From an uncultured Solibacteraceae bacterium (GTDB lineage: Bacteria; Acidobacteriota; Vicinamibacteria; Vicinamibacterales; SCN-69-37): 35,530 nt of DNA. The DNA lies in the NCBI GenBank assembly GCA_964479175.1, contig CAYZLT010000002.1, forward strand, positions 12,255 to 47,784. Direction: 5' to 3'. Under the pieces are notes generated by a model, which was given only the letters and a program-made list of their open reading frames with translations, did no database searches and had not been told where the DNA came from. Positions 32,248 through 35,530 of the stretch are shown here, one piece after another (within the stretch, counting starts at the first letter, position 1; every line of letters starts with the position of its first letter). The position numbers and the translations under genes are program-made.

Positions 32248-33501
32248 TCACCCCAACAGTTCGCGCACGCGACCCAGCGCGTGCACCAATGCATCAATAT
32301 CGTCCGTCGTGTTGTACATCGCCAGCGACGCGCGTGCCGTCGCCGGAATACCAAAGCGGTCCATCACCGGCTGCGCGCAGTGATGGCCAGTACGAATCGC
32401 GACGCCTTCACGGTCAACGATGGTCCCGATATCGTGCGGATGGGCGTCACCCAGCACAAACGACAACACACTCGCCTTGCGCTTCGCCGTGCCAATCAAT
32501 CGGAGTCCAGGGACTTCCTGCAGCCGACGCGTGCCATAGGCGAGCAACGCGGCCTCGTGCGCACCAATCGCCTCAAACCCCACCGACTGAATAAACTCGA
32601 GCGCCGTCCCAAGTACGATCGCGTCGGCAATATTCGGCGTGCCGGCCTCGAACTTGTAGGGCAGCTCGTTCCACTCACTCTTTTCGAAGGTGACGGAACT
32701 GATCATGTCGCCACCACCGAGGAAGGGCGGCATGGCGGCCAGGATCGACTCGCGACCGTAGAGGACGCCAATCCCGGTTGGTCCGTACACTTTGTGACCC
32801 GTGAACACATAAAAGTCCGGATCAAGCGCCTGCACATCGATGGCCATGTGGTACGCAGCCTGTGACCCGTCGATGAGCACCGTGGCGCCAACCGTCCGCG
32901 CCATCGCAATCATCTGCTCGACGGGATTGATGGTCCCCAACGCGTTTGACAAGTGGCTGACCGCCACCATCTTGGTCTTCGGCGACAGGAGACGTTCAAA
33001 CTCGTCAAGAATCACGTCGCCGGCGTCATCAATAGGCGCGACGCGCAGCACCGCACCCGTGCGCGCACACGCCATCTGCCAGGGAACTATGTTTGAATGG
33101 TGCTCCATCGCGGTGATGAGCACCTCATCACCCGCCTTCAACTGCCAGTCACCCCAGGCACGCGCGACCAGATTGATCGACTCGGTCGCATTGCGCGTGT
33201 AAATGATTTCCCGCTCGGACTTCGCATGCACGAACCGCTGCACGGTCGTGCGCGCCTTTTCGAACGCGGCCGTCGCACGCTCACTCAGCGCGTGCACGCC
33301 TCGATGCACGTTCGAGTTGTCGTGCTCGTAGTAGTGCCGCAACGCATCAATCACCACCTGCGGCTTCTGCGTCGTCGCCGCATTATCGAGGTACACGAGC
33401 GGTTTGCCGTGGATCTGCTGATGCAGCGCCGGGAACTGCGCACGAATGGCCGTCACGTCAAACGACGTGGTCGAGACGACCGCCTCAGGGGTGGTGGCCA
33501 T
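32248..33501 (-). CDS. sufS: Cysteine desulfurase, group II SufS
   Basis: YLDNAATTQKP, NVHRGVH, EHHSNIVPWQ, GHKVYGPTG, FEAGTP, RTGHHCAQP. Confidence 0.96.
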   Translation of the reverse strand: MATTPEAVVSTTSFDVTAIRAQFPALHQQIHGKPLVYLDNAATTQKPQVVIDALRHYYEHDNSNVHRGVHALSERATAAFEKARTTVQRFVHAKSEREIIYTRNATESINLVARAWGDWQLKAGDEVLITAMEHHSNIVPWQMACARTGAVLRVAPIDDAGDVILDEFERLLSPKTKMVAVSHLSNALGTINPVEQMIAMARTVGATVLIDGSQAAYHMAIDVQALDPDFYVFTGHKVYGPTGIGVLYGRESILAAMPPFLGGGDMISSVTFEKSEWNELPYKFEAGTPNIADAIVLGTALEFIQSVGFEAIGAHEAALLAYGTRRLQEVPGLRLIGTAKRKASVLSFVLGDAHPHDIGTIVDREGVAIRTGHHCAQPVMDRFGIPATARASLAMYNTTDDIDALVHALGRVRELLG

Positions 33502-34805
33502 CACGTCGGCAGATGCAGTTTTGACACCAGCACGGCCTCAAGCTCCGCGCGAATGGCGTCGTGTTTGATGCCGTTGAGCACGTCGCTCGCGAAGGCGTGA
33601 ATCAGCATGTTCCGCGCGTCGTTTCTGTGGATGCCGCGGGCACGAAGGTAAAACATCTGATTGTCATCGAGCTGTCCGATCGTCGCACCGTGTGTGCACT
33701 TGACGTCATCGGCGAAAATCTCGAGCTGGGGCTTTGTATTGATCGACGCATCACCCGACAGGAGCAGTGCCTTGTTGGTCTGTTTGGCGTCGGTCTTCTG
33801 CGCGTCTGGTCGCACGATGATCTTGCCGTTGAAGACGCCTCTGGCCTTGCCGGTCAGGATGCCCTTGTAGACCTCGTGGCTTGGACAATGCGGCTGCGCG
33901 TGATCGATCGTCGTGTGGGTATCCACCAGCGTCTCGCCGTCGGCGACATACAGACCGTTGAGCGTGCACTCCGCGCCTTCGCCCGCCAGCGTGGCCGAGA
34001 TGTCGTTGCGGGCGATGCGGCCACCAAACGTGATCGCGTGTGAGGTAAACGTGCTCGCACGATGCAGATGCACGAACGTACTCGACATATGAAACGTTGA
34101 GGCCGACTCCTGCTGGACCTTGACGTGGTCCACAATCGCCCCCGGACCGAGCAACACCTCGGTCACGGCGTTGGTCAACACGGGCTGGCCATCGCCACTG
34201 GTGTAGGTCTCCACGATTGAGACCTGCGCCTGTTCGCCGACCACCACAAACACCCGCGGCGACACCATCGTCGGCTCAGCGCCCGGTTCGGCCACACAGA
34301 CGATGTGAATCGGCTCGGTCACGACAGCGTGTGGCGCGATGTGGATAAACAGGCCGTCTTCAAAAAACGCCGTGTTCAGCAGCACAAACGGATGGTCGCT
34401 CTTGAGGCTCGGCCCCTCGTGCGCCGGCATCGTCTCCCACGCTTCCTGCTTGGTCGAAATCGTCACACCTTCGGGGAGCTCGTCCAATGTGGACAACTCC
34501 GCAGACACGCGACCGTTCACGATGACGGCACGGATGGAAACGACGTCGAGTGTCTTTTTCGCACCAGCGCCACTGAAAAAGACACCCGACGTCTTTTTTG
34601 CGCGGTGCCAGTCGATCTGGGCGATCGGGGTGACGTTGGTGAATTTCCACTCTTCGTCGCGGGTGGTGGGAAAGCCACGCTCAAGGAAGCGGCCAAAGGC
34701 GGACGCGCGGGCGGTGCGCAGCCACTCCGGACCATAGGCCGAAGCCGCGCGAAACGCCTCGAAATCAGCGACCAGTGTGCCGTGTCGTTCTGCAAGCTGT
34801 GGCAT
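33501..34805 (-). CDS. sufD: Fe-S cluster assembly protein SufD
   Basis: FPTTRDEEWKFT, VFNGKIIV…AQKTDAKQ, KPQLEIFADDVKCTHGATIG, FYLRARGI. Confidence 0.95.
   Translation of the reverse strand: MPQLAERHGTLVADFEAFRAASAYGPEWLRTARASAFGRFLERGFPTTRDEEWKFTNVTPIAQIDWHRAKKTSGVFFSGAGAKKTLDVVSIRAVIVNGRVSAELSTLDELPEGVTISTKQEAWETMPAHEGPSLKSDHPFVLLNTAFFEDGLFIHIAPHAVVTEPIHIVCVAEPGAEPTMVSPRVFVVVGEQAQVSIVETYTSGDGQPVLTNAVTEVLLGPGAIVDHVKVQQESASTFHMSSTFVHLHRASTFTSHAITFGGRIARNDISATLAGEGAECTLNGLYVADGETLVDTHTTIDHAQPHCPSHEVYKGILTGKARGVFNGKIIVRPDAQKTDAKQTNKALLLSGDASINTKPQLEIFADDVKCTHGATIGQLDDNQMFYLRARGIHRNDARNMLIHAFASDVLNGIKHDAIRAELEAVLVSKLHLPT
34536..34599. repeat. Inverted doublet of 25-bp palindromic units inside the sufD coding sequence
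   Basis: GGAAACGACGTCGAGTGTCTTTTTC - 14 nt - GAAAAAGACACCCGACGTCTTTTTT; the arms are 21/25 complementary. Confidence 0.8.
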
Positions 34806-34807
34806 GG

Positions 34808-35530
<723 letters not shown>

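Overview
GC-rich bacterial chromosomal segment, probably Acidobacteriota (Vicinamibacterales-like; inferred from the Oar-type TonB receptor, a VWFA-related secreted protein and the repeat families). From left to right it holds a deaminase start, an OMP plus S8 protease pair, a decayed radical-SAM fragment with repeats beside tRNA-Arg(ACG), a GH3 hexosaminidase, moaB/moeA, nrfHA, sodA, nadA, mqnE and yjbQ. A cobalamin riboswitch then precedes btuB-D-C-F, followed by a large TonB receptor, a VWA protein, an iscS-led operon, two exported hypotheticals and sufC-D-S-T-U. The best candidate for an undescribed system is the minus-strand operon at 23033-29660: a cation/H+ antiporter (CPA) domain fused in frame to an intact trehalose-6-phosphate synthase, with a second divergent CPA subunit, a membrane-anchored trypsin-like pseudo-protease and otsB. 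Also notable are bidirectional overlapping -10 promoters driving leaderless mRNAs, small repeats inserted in frame into sufD and btuF and into the riboswitch, and a CXXCH-type NrfA. No database searches were run; family calls rest on motif recognition.
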